Notes under the pieces: model-generated
Seen by the model: only the letters and a program-made list of their open reading frames with translations
Told to the model about the DNA's origin: nothing
The model's database searches: none
In this document: positions 28,541 to 41,442 of the stretch, piece by piece
How positions within the stretch are numbered: position 1 is the first letter of the stretch
Layout: every line of letters begins with the position of its first letter
Position numbers and translations under genes: made by a program
Assembly (NCBI GenBank): GCA_964016885.1
Contig: OZ024748.1
Location: 44,888,001 to 44,952,000, forward strand
Source: Eledone cirrhosa
Lineage: Eukaryota
Length of the DNA stretch: 64,000 bases
Direction: 5' to 3'

Positions 28541-28741
28541 TAATATATAATATATTATATAATATAATATAGGTTAGTTTTATAAATAAATGTTAACATA
28601 CCCTTAAAAAATGCAACCATTCTGGTTGGAATCTTCCATTTGTTAATATATTGTATATTTACTCCAATAATTTGTTGAGTGCTTTATATCAGTTATAAAA
28701 ATATTTTGCTTGTTGATTCCCAACAAATTAAATATAACCTC

Positions 28742-28813
<72 letters not shown>

Positions 28814-28921
28814 TATATACATATAAATATATATAGACACACAAATATATATATATAATATATATAAATATATACATACACACAAGTATATATATACACA
28901 CACATACAAATGTATATATAC

Positions 28922-28990
<69 letters not shown>

Positions 28991-29096
28991 TATATATATA
29001 TATATATATATATGAATATATATATATAATATATATATATAATATATATATATAATATATATATATAATATATATATATGAATATATATATATAAT

Positions 29097-29163
<67 letters not shown>

Positions 29164-29384
29164 TTTTATTTATATCTGTATATGAAAATATAATGAAACA
29201 AAAAATTGATATATAGATTGTCTTTTTGAAGATCAAAAATCGAGATAGATGTACTAGAAGTGAGATTATATCTGGTTTGGCTTACATATTCCTGATTTCC
29301 TTGCAGAAGTATTAAATAGCGTTAGTAGAACGCGGGAGCATTGACTTTAACAGGGAATTTTCTAAATGGAACCTTGACCTATTA

Positions 29385-29875
29385 CAACTACAGACCTGTC
29401 AATTCTCCCCGTCCGATGGCGAGATCTCGCACTCACGGCGGGATTTGAACTCGGAACGTAAAGAGCCATAACTCCATGCTGCAAATCACGGTGTCTGACG
29501 CTCTACAGACCTGTGAGCTATCCTCGTCTGACTGGGAGATCACTGCACTCACGGCGGGATTTGAACTCGGAACGCAAAGGGCCATAACTCCATGCTGCAA
29601 ATCACGGTGTCTGACGCTCTACAGACCTGTGAGCTATCCTTGTCTGACTGGGAGATCACTGCACTCACGGCGGGATTTGAACTCGGAACGCAAAGGGCCA
29701 TAACTCCATGCTGCAAAGCATGGTGTCTGACGCTCTACAGACCTGTCAAGTATCCTCGTCCGACTGGGAGTCTCACACTCACGGGAAGATTTGAACTCAA
29801 AACGTAAAGGGTCATGACTCTATGTTGCAAAGCTTGGTGTCTGACGCTCTACAGACCTGTAAACTATCCTCGTTC
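29385..29875 (-). repeat. 116-bp tandem repeat (~4 copies) of a tRNA-like SINE head
   Basis: GGGATTTGAACTCGG recurs every 116 bp. The minus strand has A-box-like TAGCTCACAGGTCTGTAGAGCG and B-box GAGTTCAAATCCC. Confidence 0.75.
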
Positions 29876-29921
29876 ACGAAAGTGAAAATTATCACGTGGT
29901 ATAACGGTCAACAGAAGGGTA

Positions 29922-30034
29922 AGTGTGTGTGTATGTGTGCGTGTGTGTGTGTATGTGTGTTTGTGTAAGTGTGTATATGTGTGTGTGTGAGTGTATGAGT
30001 GTGTGTGTGTGTGTGTATGTGTGTGTGTGTGTGA

Positions 30035-30067
<33 letters not shown>

Positions 30068-30240
30068 AGTGTATGTGTGTGAGTGTATGTGTGTGTGTGA
30101 GTGTATGTGTGTGTGTGTGTGTATGTGTGTGTGTGTGTGAGTGTATGTGCGTGTGTATGTGTGTGTGTGTGAGTGTATGTGCGTGTGTGTATGTGTGTGT
30201 GTGTGAGTGTATGTATGTGTGTGTATGTGTGTGTCTGTGT
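29922..30240. repeat. (GT)n compound microsatellite
   Basis: Direct reading. Confidence 0.95.
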
Positions 30241-30355
30241 ATCTGGGACAGTGTTTGTTACAGCCCTGTCAACTCTCCTCATCTGACGAGGAGATCATCC
30301 ACTCCAGAGTGGATGGGTGAAAGATGTCTTCTCTTGTGAAAATGGGTGTAGCTTT

Positions 30356-30545
30356 CATGGATTGGCAGTATCGGTAGAGGGTCGAACGCCATGCTTTGCA
30401 GCATAGAGTTACGGCCCTTTATGGTCTGAGTTCAAATCTCGCCAAGGTTAGCTTTACCTTTCATCATTACGGGGTCGATAAAATAAAGTACCAGTAATGC
30501 ACTGGGGTAATTGCTGGCCTTGTGCCAAATGTAGGAACAATTATG
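30356..30545 (+). mobile_element. tRNA-derived SINE
   Basis: Near-identical to 27825-28005. Confidence 0.85.
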
Positions 30546-30629
30546 TAAAATCTTCGCATTTTGTGTCATTTCTTCCCTTTTGGGGGCCCCTTTTTTGATG
30601 CTACTCCCTGTTTGGGCTTTTACAGGTTG

Positions 30630-30870
30630 GCAGGCCTGGAAAATAAATTTTTGTCGATCAACTTTCGTCAAATCGGACCGAGGAAACAATGTTTCCATTG
30701 GTCTTTCCAATTGCTAGTACTACCTATCGGTCGCAACTCTAGGTAGAAGGAGCAACGTGAAATAAAGTGTCTTGCTCAAGGACATAACGCATCGTCCGGT
30801 TCAGTAATCGAACTGACAACCTCATGATTGCGAATCCAGTTCTCTAACCAATCATCCACACGACTTCACC
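30630..30870 (-). mobile_element. CORE-type SINE remnant
   Basis: The minus strand has a tRNA-like head followed by CORE-like GTTATGTCCTTGAGCAAGACACTT. Confidence 0.6.
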
Positions 30871-31439
30871 AGGTCTGGAAATGTCAGCTAAATCACCCTT
30901 AAATTACGCCCCAACACCTTAAAAAAAAACCCTCGAAACAGAGATGGATATAACATTTTGGATAATGAAGTTTTAGATATAAAACAAGAAAATGGCATGT
31001 TTACGGTTGGCGGCGCAGCTGCAGCTTTCATCGTCCGGTGGGGGTGGAGAGGGGGTATGAAACTTTTGGTGCTCTAATTTGTTACACCTCTGGTTATGGT
31101 TGATCAAAAGCTTAATGCTTTTGACCAAACCACCCTGGCGGCAGTGTGGTGTGGGGTGGTGGTGTGGTGTGGGGTGGTGGTGTTGTGGTGGTGGCGGCAT
31201 GGTGTGGTGGTGGTGGGGTAGTGGGGGTGGGGTGGGTGTTAAATAACGCGGACTAGCCAAAAACTTTTTCTCTCTCTTTTTCTCGCTTTAATTTTGTTTT
31301 TGTTTTTGTTTTTGTTTCACAGCGTTCGAAATTTTTTATTGATGAAACCGAAAACAAAAAGAAAAATCGATTTATCTTTGAAAAGACACCTCGTTCAGAT
31401 CTGTCTAACAAGCTGAGAATAATTTTGGCTTTGGGCCTC

Positions 31440-31975
31440 TATCCCCCCTCTCTCTCTCACCCCCGCTCTCTCTCTCAACCATCTCTCTCTTTCTCAAGCC
31501 CCCTCTCCCTCAACACACTCTCTTTCAGCACCCTCTCTCTCTCAACCCCCTCTCTCTCTCAACACCCTCTCTCACTCAACGCCCTCTCTCTCAACCCCCC
31601 TCTCTCTCTCTCCCAAAACATTCTAACTCCTCCTCTCTCTCAACACCCCCACTCTCACCCCCTCTCTCCTAACCCCCTCACTTCTCTAATATTCCCTTTT
31701 TCTTTCTCTTCTCTTCAGTCTAGCTATTCATATTTTGCCAACACTCCCTCTCTCTCAACACACTCCCTCTCTCTCAACACACTCCCTCTCTCTCAACACT
31801 CCCTCTCTCTCAACACACTCCCTCTCTCCCTCTCTCTCTCAACACTCCCTCTCTCTCAACACACTCCCTCACCCCCTCTCTCTCAACACTCCCTCACCCC
31901 CTCTCTCTCAACACTCTCCCTCTCTCTCAACACACTCCCTCGCCCTCTCTCTCTCAACATCTCCCACCCTCCTCT
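31440..31975. repeat. CT-rich degenerate minisatellite (CTCTCTCAACACACTCC)
   Basis: Direct reading. Confidence 0.8.
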
Positions 31976-32192
31976 GCTGTGACCCTCGTCTTCCCTCTAA
32001 ACACCCTTTCTCATCTAGTCTACCCTCTGTGTCCACTCACCCTCTTTATTCTAGTTATTCATATATATTCATATTCTTCTCGCCTTCTTTTCCCTTCCAC
32101 CCTTTCTCTTCCTCACTATACATATGTTGGCCCTCCTCTTCTCTCTAAAGATCCTCTCTCATCATGTCTATCCACCGCTCTTTTCCTTCTTG

Positions 32193-32263
<71 letters not shown>

Positions 32264-32432
32264 TATTCCTGGGCCAGCCCTGTCTCTCCTCACTCTCTCA
32301 ATACCCCCTCTCTTTCATCATGTCTAACTTCTTCCTCGCTACCATTCCTATTTTGTAGATACTTTTATTGTTCCTCTCGACTTTGTTCCATTATTTAACA
32401 GATCTACTGAAGAAGAGGAAAGACAAGGGAAA

Positions 32433-32434
32433 GC

Positions 32435-32472
<38 letters not shown>

Positions 32473-32910
32473 CTACCACAACTACCACAACCACAGCAAC
32501 AACAACAACAACAACCACAATAACAACTACCAAAACCACAACAATAACAACAACAACAACCACAACCGCAACCACAACAACAGTAACAATAACAACCACA
32601 ACCACAACAACAACAGCAACAATAACAACCACAACCACAACAACAACCACAGCAACAACCACAACCACAACAACAACAACAACCACAGCAATAACAACCA
32701 CAACAACAACAACAACAACCACAATAACCACAACAACAACAACTATAACAACAACCACAACAACAACAACAACAACAACCACAACCACAACAACAACCAC
32801 CACAACAACAACAACAACAATAACCACAACAACAAAAGCAACAACAACAATCACTACAACAACAAAACCAACAACAACAACAACCACAACAATAACCACA
32901 ACCACCACCA
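32433..32910. repeat. (AAC)n/(ACC) trinucleotide tract
   Basis: Direct reading. Confidence 0.95.
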
Positions 32911-33039
32911 GTACCAGCAGCGGAAGTCCCAAGCCGTAAATGAGTTGTAGTATGTCTATAACGCGTACATGTATATATATATATGTATATGTATATGTAT
33001 ATGCATGTATATATGTATATGTATGCATGTATATATATA

Positions 33040-33753
33040 TATAGGTTTGTTTTTATTGATTTATTATTTTAAATCGAGATAGGCAAACCGTATTATTTTA
33101 ATTAGTATTTTTCAATCTAGCTAACTTGGTCATTTGCAATGCAAACACATGTATACTTGTATCAGTGTTTATCCCTATCAGATATTCATTTGTATTACAC
33201 GGCTCAGAAATATTCCTTTCTTTGAGCTATTTAATTGTAAAAAACTATTTGAGTTTATAACTCTATATATAATATTCTCGGCTCCATGCGTTGAGCTAAT
33301 TTTTAGTCCCATAAAATCGGCTGCTATTTTTAGCGACACGAGTATAGGACGTGCTAGACACTGTGACACATGTGCGTTTAACAACACATTTCTCTCAGTC
33401 TTCCTAAGTATTTTGAAGTGAAACTTACCAATTTCTGGATACCTGCAGAAGAGCACAGGAATAGGAAATTTCACTTAATTGTTGCGAAACAAATTTAAAA
33501 TTTGTCCAGGTATCACGGCTATTGCCAATATAGGTCTGTTTTTATTGATTTATTATTTTAAATCGAGACAGGCAAACCGTATTATTTTAATTAGTATTTT
33601 TCAATCTAGCTAACTTGGTCATTTGCAATGCAAACACATGTATACTTGTATCAGTGTTTATCCCTATCATATATTCATTTGTATTACACGGCTCAGAAAT
33701 ATTCCTTTCTTTGAGCTATTTAATTGTAAAAAACTATTTGAGTTTATAACTCT
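33040..33753 (+). mobile_element. Retrozyme/pLTR-like 1.5-mer (489-nt unit)
   Basis: Direct repeats 33040-33265 / 33529-33753; HHR at 33438-33514; flanked by (TA)n and (TC)n. Confidence 0.72.
33438..33514 (+). ncRNA. Type I hammerhead with U4-to-A core variant
   Basis: GATACCTG-CAGAAGA-GCACAG..TTGTTGC-GAAA-CAAATTTAAAATTTG-TC-CAGGTATC; perfect 8-bp stem I, 6-bp stem III, GUC site. Confidence 0.72.
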
Positions 33754-33797
33754 CTCTCTCTCTCTCACTCTCTCTCCCTCTCTCTCTCTCTCTCTCT

Positions 33798-33901
<104 letters not shown>

Positions 33902-34025
33902 GCTATTTCAGAGCATCAATTCTAATTTTCAATTATTGCTGGTGGACCAGCAATCGCTCTGTATAATCAGTTCCTGATTATTACTGGAATTCTATAAGAA
34001 TCCAACATTTATAATTATCACTAGA

Positions 34026-34102
34026 CGAAGGGAAGTGTTAAGCTCTGATGAATACCAACAGCAACAGTATGAAACAGAGATCTGTCAGCTTATCTCCCTT
34101 TC
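34026..34102 (+). ncRNA. Canonical full-length type I hammerhead ribozyme
   Basis: TAAGCT-CTGATGA-ATAC-(11-nt loop)-GTAT-GAAA-CAG-AGAT-CTG-TC-AGCTTA. Distal stem I AAGGGA/TCCCTT with an internal bulge; predicted cleavage after C34086. Confidence 0.88.
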
Positions 34103-34185
34103 TTTGTTGAAAAAAAAGTGACATAGTCACTACTTTAAAACAATAGCGTAAGGTCTTCAAAATGCTTTTAATTAATATATATACA

Positions 34186-34216
<31 letters not shown>

Positions 34217-34410
34217 GGGAAAATCTATGACCCCGACGACAGAGCTCAAGCCGTTTCGACGGCTATTTCTTGTGTCCAGAAATAGCCGTCGAAACGGCTT
34301 GAGCTCTGCCGTCGAGGTCATACATTTTCCTATTACCCACTCTACTACCCTAGGTATTGAGTACTCTGGTGCGTTATGGTCCATCTGGTTCCTTACCACA
34401 ACTCCGTTTT
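34217..34410 (+). mobile_element. Foldback half-hammerhead element
   Basis: Hairpin 34217-34331 plus tail to 34410, in (TA)n. Confidence 0.8.
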
Positions 34411-34629
34411 ATATATATACATATATATAATAAATGTAATCTGAGTTTTTCGAATATTAATAATAACATTCGATTCGTTTGAAATTATGCAAACAAGCCT
34501 CAATTTTATAGCCATGTCAGTAGAATGAACCCTTCATTCTTGCTCTTGTGTTGTTTTCTCCAAGGGCGGTAACCCCCGTTTTGGCGGTGAATTCGAAATT
34601 TGAGACAAAGGAATGAAATTCCCTTTGAC

Positions 34630-36245
34630 AAACCTCTGTAGCCGAGGTGCTGACTTTGAGTCCCAGGCCTTTTCCCTAGTCAGCCATTTCATCGGCAGAG
34701 GTTACCCCCCTCTCTCGTCCACACCGCTCTCACTCGCGCCCGTGCTGTCCACCGCTCCACCACCCTCAGCCCACGCCACCGCACACCCACCCACCGTCTC
34801 CCCTTCCCCATCACCTACCACCCCTCCACCATACCCCTCCACCGCACCATCCTCCGCCTCCGCACACGAACACACACACCCACTTACACCACCCACTCTA
34901 CACGCAACTAACATCACTAACACCCCCCAACCCTACGCACACGAACACACACACCCACTTACACCACCCACTCTACACGCAACTAACATCACTAACACCC
35001 CCAACCCTACGCACACGAACACACACACCCTCTTACACCACCCACTCTACAGACCCTACCACCACTGACCCCCACTCACACCCGCATTCAACCCTTTCTC
35101 CACCTCCAGTATACTAACACCCACTAACACCCCCTTCACCACACACACACTCATCCAAACACGCACACACACCAGTACACTCCCTCCGTCGCCCCCCACA
35201 CCCTTCTCTCCCCGCTCCACCCACACCCTTTCTCAAACACACACACATCCCACTAACACTTCTACTAATACACACACACACCCTCCTCACTCCAACTTTC
35301 ACACCTACCCATCCTCTCCCCTGTCCACTGCACCTCCGCACACACTGACACACCGACTTTCTTCACTTACCATTCTACCCTACTGCTGCTATGCCTCTCT
35401 GACCACCTCCCCGCACACACAGACACACAACCCTCCTCCTGCCTTGACCCTCTGACCACTTCCTGCTGCGCGCGCACCCCACATCTCCCCTCTTCCGACC
35501 AATCTCTTCACGGATTACACATATGTGAACCTTGATCCCGAGAATCCACCACATCCCAAGGATATTACTCAGCATTCCACCACACCGTCTACGGAATTAC
35601 CTTAACGACTCACCCTCGGACATACACCCCCAAACATTTTTTTTCCCCACACGCCACCTACATCCACAACACGCATAAACACCACACACACACACGTGCG
35701 TACCACCACATATTTACACATTCAGTCTCCGGAATCCTCTCCCCCCACCCCTCTATCCACACACGCACACACACTCCAATCTACACCCCACCCCACATAC
35801 ACCTCTTCCTGAAAATGCAACCCCGTTCTTCCCCCAACTCTTACTTTCACATACACACACACACACGTACACCTACACACACACACCACCTTCAGCCCTC
35901 CCCACTCGGACACCCCGTCTCCCTCTCCCCACTCCACCCGCCACCAACCCGACACGCCCCACACCCTTCCACCACTTGTTTTACTCCATGTGTATTTTTA
36001 ATTTTATTTTGATCATGCCTTTATATTTAATTTCATTTGTACCGTTTCCTCTCACCCCCTTTTTTCTTTATGTCTCTCCACCACTCCCCTACACACCCTT
36101 GGAACTCTCTTCCCACACACTGTTCACATGAAGAAGGGCTTATGCCCGAAACGTCGTTCCCCACCACCACCCCACTCTCAAGAGCGTGAAACTAATAAAC
36201 CTTTGTTCGTACTGCCTCTCTGTTTTGTTCCCGTTCAATTTTTGA
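34630..36245 (+). mobile_element. Decayed Penelope-like element (RT C-terminus, CA-rich expansion, 3' pLTR with degenerate HHR)
   Basis: LCS..DFESQ..HFIGRGYP, then (frameshifted) LVHTALTRAR..RLPFPITYHP. ATGAAGA-A-GGGC-TTAT-GCCC-GAAA-CGTC at 36128-36155; AATAAA near 36194. Confidence 0.65.
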
Positions 36246-36246
36246 C

Positions 36247-36287
<41 letters not shown>

Positions 36288-36309
36288 GTTGTTGTTGTAT
36301 ATATATATA

Positions 36310-36430
36310 TAACTGTTTCTACCTTTGGCACAAGGCCAGCAACCATCCCAGTACATTACTGGTACTTTATTTTATCGACCCCGTAAGGATGAAAGGCAAA
36401 GTTAACCTCGGCGGGATTTGAACTCAACGT
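36310..36430 (-). mobile_element. SINE fragment
   Basis: Same family as 27825-28005. Confidence 0.8.
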
Positions 36431-36497
36431 TGACAAATATACAAATCTATATATATAACTATGACGAGAAATTATCGTCCATCGTTTGAGACACAGA

Positions 36498-36655
36498 CAA
36501 GAAGAAGAAGAAGAAGAAGAAGAAGAAGAAGAAGAAGAAGAAGAAGAAGAAGAAGAAGAAGAAGAAGAAGAAGAAGAAGAAGAACAACAACAACAACAAC
36601 AGCAGCAACAAGGAATCAACAACAACAACAACAAGGAATCAACAACAACAACAAA
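36498..36655. repeat. (AAG)n followed by (AAC)n
   Basis: Direct reading. Confidence 0.95.
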
Positions 36656-36866
36656 CCACCACAAAAAATGGATAAAAAAACCGTAAAAAAGAGCCGATCT
36701 TCATATTTGCAATATTTATATGTATGTTGAGATAGTTTAGCCAGCAGACGACCCGGTAATCGTCTGCTATAGGCCAAACAAACCTTCTGACCATGAAAGC
36801 GCTCATGAATAATAAATTCTCCATAATGACAGTATGGAAGACAAAAAAAAAATCCTATCTCCCCAG

Positions 36867-36920
<54 letters not shown>

Positions 36921-36922
36921 GA

Positions 36923-37005
<83 letters not shown>

Positions 37006-37040
37006 ATGTATATATGTATATATATATGTATATATATATG

Positions 37041-37079
<39 letters not shown>

Positions 37080-37088
37080 GTATATATA

Positions 37089-37161
<73 letters not shown>

Positions 37162-37316
37162 ATATATACACACATATTTATATATATGCATGTATGTGTA
37201 TATATATATGTATATATATGTATATATATATGTATATATATATGTATGTATGTATATATGTTGGACACAAATATATGCAGAAAGAAATAACGAATTCCAT
37301 AGAATGAAATAAAAGG

Positions 37317-37430
<114 letters not shown>

Positions 37431-37601
37431 TGTGTATGTATATAATACACATATATCTGGTGCTGACTTCTGTTAGAAAGCCTAAAGTAGACAGTCAGAT
37501 GTGAGGAAAACAAACGTCTTTTGATGTTTTAACTATATATTAACAATATATATTATATTCCTGATAACCTGCTCCCTTTCCCCCTCGTCTAAACGGTAAA
37601 G

Positions 37602-37666
<65 letters not shown>

Positions 37667-37765
37667 GCACACATTATATATATATATATATATATATATA
37701 GATATAGATCGAAATCACTGGATATCGATCTAAACCCTTATATATATTTATATATATATATATAT

Positions 37766-40700
37766 GTCCTGGGTATGACATTAAACTACATCCAGTAGCA
37801 AGGCTCCATTTCGGGAGATTAGGAGTTGTGGGGAATGTGGAGTTACCCCTTAGTTGTCATGACTCCCAGGTCTGCCCTGGCCCAGGGTGGTAGTACCTGT
37901 TAGGGCTCCATTTATGGGTTAAATAACTACCTTATTCGAGTGGCGCCGGTAAGGTATTGTCAGCCATTGAAAAGAAATATGGAGAGTCGATCTAACAGCA
38001 CTAGGGTTAGAGCCCCTAATTACACTGTCAAGGAGCAGTCTGGTCGTTATGACTTTGCTGGCTTAGAGCCACAGAGAGGGCCAGTGGATGATGGATCAGC
38101 TGTCTCTGAGACAAATATAAAGAATGCAGTTTTGTCCTGCAGAAGAGCCATCAAAATGGGCACTTTGAATGTGAGGACTATTCGAACGCTGGAGAAGAGA
38201 GAGGAGTTGGGACATCTGTTCGAGGAGAGTGGTATACAGATACTTGCGATCCAAGAACACAGGATCCTATACGATGAGCCAGCGAGGAGTGTGATGATCG
38301 GGAAGACGAGCCAGCTCATCACTACATCGGCAGTGAAGAACACAACAAATGCTGCAGTAGGAGGAGTGGGTTTTGTGTTCAGTGCAAAAACCAATCTGTT
38401 GGTGAGGGAAATAATGCCTATCTTCCCGCGAGTGTTGAGGGTGACCTTCAATGGAAACCCAAGACTGACAGTCATCTCAGCCTATAGTCCAACCGAGGGG
38501 GACAGTGATGTGAGTGCGGAAGAGTTCCATGAGGAGGTGCGTAGAGCTGTCAACACCACTCAGGCACACAATATCCTGCTTGTTTTGGGGGACTTCAATG
38601 CACATCTGAGTAAGGAGGGCAGTGAAGATCCTTGCTGGTACTTCCATAACAACACCAACCGAAATGGAAGACTACTGAGAGATACCCTGCTGGAGGCGAA
38701 CTTGATGGTGACCAACCTAAGGTTTAGGAAGAATCTGGGGAAGATGTGGACCTACATCTCAGATATGCACCTGTCCAAGTCCCAAATTGATTTCATTCTG
38801 GTAAGGAAAAAGTGACGGAATAGTGTTCTGAACACGGAACCATACAGCTATTTCAGTACACTGGGTAGTGACCACCGGCTTGTTATGAGTGAGGTTCGGG
38901 TGAGCTTAAGAAAGAGCAAGGCTCAGCCCCGGAGGGCAATCTATGACTGGGGAGCTTTCAAGGAAGATGATAAGCTACAGGAGAGGTTCACAGTGGAAGT
39001 GAGAAACAGGTTTAGTGCTCTGTGTGGAGAGTCAGAGGAGAGAGAGATTGGATGGACTGAGGAGAGTGTGACGGGGAGGTACGGGCACTTCACCAATGCA
39101 GTGGCGGAAGCAAGTGAAACCCTGGTACCGAGGAAAAAGAACAAAGGGAAGCACGTCAGCTCTGCAAACCCAAAAGTGTGTGCAGCCAGAGAACACCTGA
39201 AAGCTGCCAAGGACCAATTCTATGCTGATCCTACGGAGGAGAGGATGGAGACTGTGGAGGTGATGAGGGAAGAGCTCTGTACCGCTTACACTGAGGTCAG
39301 AGAGGAGGCACTGATAGAGAAGATCAGAAGTGTGGAGAAAGCGGTTGACAGATCTGGATGTAAGGAGAGCTGGATGATCATCAACGAGATCACAGGGAGG
39401 AAGAGAAGGTGTTCGAGTCAGATCCAGGGAACGGGGCCCGAGGATAGGAAGACGAAATGGCTAGACCATTTTAGGACCCTACTAGGAGAGCCACCCCCCA
39501 CAGCCCAGAGCACTGGGGAGATCAGGCGGCTGTTTGAGGAACTGGATGTTGAGACAGAGCCCTTCACCAGAGAGGAGCTTCAGAGAGCCAAGAAGAGAAT
39601 CAAGGAGGGCAAGGCTCATGGAGAAGATGGAGTGGCATCAGAGGTGATGAAGAGGTGTGATTTTGATGATATCATCCTGGGGTTCTGTAACGGGGCACTG
39701 GAGAAGGGAGTTGCCCCGAATCAGTGGAGGATCAGTAACATCGTCCCAGTGCCAAAGAAGCGAGATCTCTCTAACACCAACAACTACAGGGGGATCTCAC
39801 TGACGTCACTTGTGGAAAAGACCTTCAACAGGATGATTCTTAACAGGATCTAGCCTGAGATGGAGAAGAAGCTCAGGGACAACCAGAACGGCTTCAGAGA
39901 GGGTAGATCAACCACCAGTCACATCCTGATGCTGAAGAGGATATTAGAGGGAGCTAGAGCAAAGTGCCTTCCTGCGGTCATGGTTTTCATTGACTTTAGG
40001 AAGGCCTTTGATTCTGTGGACCGTTACTGCCTGATGAAGATCTTACAGGCTTATGGAATCCCCAAGAAGATAGTGGACCTGATATCACTGCTCTACACCA
40101 ACACCAAGGCCCAAGTCATTACACCTGATGGGATGACAGAGTTCTTTGAGATACTGGCTGGAGTGCTCCAGGGAGATACATTGGCTCCCTACCTTTTTAT
40201 CATCGTAGTGGACTATTGTATGCGCCTTGCACTGGAGAAACACCAGGACTCTGGCTTTACTGTAGCACCGGCTCAGAGCAGGAGAGTTAGGGCGAAAAAA
40301 AAAAAAAAAAAAAAAGGTATCGGATGCTGAATTTGCCGACGACATAGTTTTAGTGACAAATACAGTGAAGGAGGCAGAGGATTTGATGCGGGAGGTTGAG
40401 ACTGTGTCGATGAGTGTGGGGCTGAGAATGAATGAGACTAAAACAAAATATCTGGTAGAGAATGTTGAGAAGCCAGAGGGGATCACTAATGTAGGCCGGA
40501 AGCCGCTAGAATTGGTTGAGGGCTTCCTGTATTTGGGAGCAAAGATTGGGAATACGGAAGATGATGTGGTTGAGAGGAATAGCAAGGCCTGGGCGGCGTG
40601 CCACAGCTTGAGATCGGTGTGGAAGTCGGACCATCGTAGAGACCTGAAAGTCCGCCTCTTCATTGCTGTAGTGGAGTCTGTGCTGCTGTACGGGTCTGAG

Positions 40701-41097
40701 ACTTGGACACTGACCAAGAAACTCACTCAGATGGTGGATGGGTGCTACACGAGAAAGCTGAGGATGGCTCTGAACATTAATCAATATACACTGAGGATGA
40801 AAAACTCAGAGCTGTATGGGAGCATCCCAAAAGTCAGCTCAAAAGTGACAGAGAGGAGACTGAGGTTAGCTGGACATGCTCACCGACATCCAGAGTTGAC
40901 ATTGCACTCAGTGCTCCTTTGGGAGCCCCTACATGGACACATTAGAAGGGGAAGACCAAGGTTAACGTATGTTGATGCCCTAAGGACAGACACTGGTCTG
41001 TTGGAGACGCAGGACATGGCAGCGATAATGAGGGACAGAGACCGCTAGAAAGAACTCGTCCATGGATCTCGGGAATTTTACCCGCCTTAGAATAGAA
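37766..41097 (+). mobile_element. Full-length RTE-clade LINE (single APE+RT ORF), few disablements
   Basis: GTLNVRT, AIQEHR, SAYSPT, GDFNA, QIDFILV, SDH, NYRGISL, QNGFR, FIDFRKAFD, GVLQGDTLAP, FADD (40332-40343), YLG, LYGSETW, GRPR. Stops at 38813, 39851, 41046; A-run frameshift ~40295-40315; (TAGAA)2 tail; (TA)n on both sides. Confidence 0.95.
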
Positions 41098-41130
<33 letters not shown>

Positions 41131-41251
41131 ATAAGCATTAATTTCATGGCTAGATGAAAAAGGGAAAAGAACCAATGTCTTTAGCGTTTCGGACGTTAGT
41201 TGTTCATCTGAAAGGGAAGATTAGATCAGGGAAAAAGAAGAGGGAGAGAGG

Positions 41252-41337
<86 letters not shown>

Positions 41338-41442
41338 GAAAGAAAGGAAAAGCATAAAGGAGGAATATTGAGGTTTGATTAGAGAAGCTGTTATCTATAT
41401 ACAGCTTGGTAAACTAGTGTGTTGCCACTGAAATGTTTTGGT

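Noticed and set aside
30275-30335. CTGACGA..GAAA..GTC motif
   Set aside because: Stems I and III do not pair, and a competing hairpin sequesters the core.
32348-33028. Poly-Val ORF (poly-Thr/Gln on plus)
   Set aside because: (AAC)n microsatellite with no splice or domain support.
36710-36815. Long hairpin followed by GAAA-GCGC-TC
   Set aside because: No recognisable CUGANGA; too degenerate to call.
41175-41215. Minus-strand CAGATGA..GTCCGAAACGC remnant
   Set aside because: Multiple core and stem mutations; resembles 23466 but cannot be supported as a ribozyme.
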